A DNA stretch of 64,000 nucleotides from positions 345,238 to 409,237 of the forward strand of contig NW_005434669.1 of assembly GCF_000315625.1 (NCBI RefSeq), read 5' to 3'. This DNA is from Guillardia theta CCMP2712 (taxonomy: Eukaryota > Protista > Cryptophyta). The notes below the pieces were generated by a model. It ran no database searches, was not told the DNA's origin, and saw only the letters and a program-made list of their open reading frames with translations. Shown in pieces: positions 63,306 to 64,000 of the stretch. Position 1 is the stretch's first letter; each line of letters opens with the position of its first letter. The position numbers and the translations under genes were made by a program.

Positions 63306-63759
63306 TTCGTGTCAGGGCGCTCCGCCCATGGTTTATGTTTGCAAGGAGGAACGATATCGATACCATGAGAGAACTGAGATCGGAGGGAGGAGGCTGAGGG
63401 ATGCAGAAACAGAGACAGAGATCGGGAGAGGAGGAGGATGACATGGTGTAGGAGAAGAAGAGACGAGATGAGGAAAAGGTTCGACAAGACAAAGAAAATC
63501 TCAGTGTTTGCACAGTAAGAAAGGAAGTAAAAGGCTGATCTTGCCATGGCAGCGAGAGGGAGAGGAGCGGGGTCAACCATGAGCAGAGAGACGATGAAAA
63601 GGAAGTCGTCATATGGTGAAAATGTCTATCAGATGCTGTCTCCCCCTTCCAAGTAGTGAGATGAGGGATGGCTGCAAATTTTAGGGCGGCGGGGGGACGG
63701 GGTGTGTGGAGGGGGAGGGGGGGTTGTTTGCGGCCTGCGGGTTGTTGGTGTAGCAGTTG

Positions 63760-64000
63760 ATGTTCATGCAGGGGATGCTAAGGAGCTTTGACCAGCACGT
63801 CTCTTGCTGCCTCCTCCTAATCATCGCCGTCTCCTGCGGATCGTTTCACTCTACCGAGACCGTAACGCCCAATGGTAGCCCACTCGGATTGAGGAGGACT
63901 GTCTTCCTGTCCAGGAGCCTCCGTGCCTCAGAGACACGGCTGGGGCTACGAGGAGGATCAGATGAGCCTCGAGCACAGAACAGCAGCTGCTGCGCGCCAT
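63760..64000 (+). CDS. 5' end of a gene with signal peptide and RLGLRGG leader (truncated by window)
   Basis: MFMQGMLRSFDQHVSCCLLLIIAVSCGSFHS...RSLRASETRLGLRGGSDEP, open to the window end. Confidence 0.65.
   Translation, partial: MFMQGMLRSFDQHVSCCLLLIIAVSCGSFHSTETVTPNGSPLGLRRTVFLSRSLRASETRLGLRGGSDEPRAQNSSCCAP

Overview
Gene-dense, intron-rich eukaryotic nuclear DNA. Short (~45-70 nt) introns, long (GGA/CCT)n-filled introns and signal-peptide+LRGG leaders fit a cryptophyte alga such as Guillardia/Hanusia (inferred from style only). About 20 protein genes were assembled by eye, so exon boundaries are approximate: tektin, M11-like metzincin with lectin-like repeats, DnaJ, STE11-type kinase followed by a YEATS-like domain, a DUF4336 3' fragment, a PH-domain single-repeat voltage-gated channel (TLDGW filter), GT37-like fucosyltransferase, PTH2, two PKD2/TRPP channels, GCP6, a PDZ protein, a membrane-anchored TTL-like ligase and several hypotheticals. 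There is one tRNA-Ser(AGA) and three N gaps. The most striking structure is a head-to-head PKD2 pair forming a ~1.85 kb inverted repeat with no net indel. It is near-identical even in its intron, but has private N-termini, private C-termini and a sharply bounded 99-bp divergent cassette. No transposon, CRISPR array or rRNA was seen.
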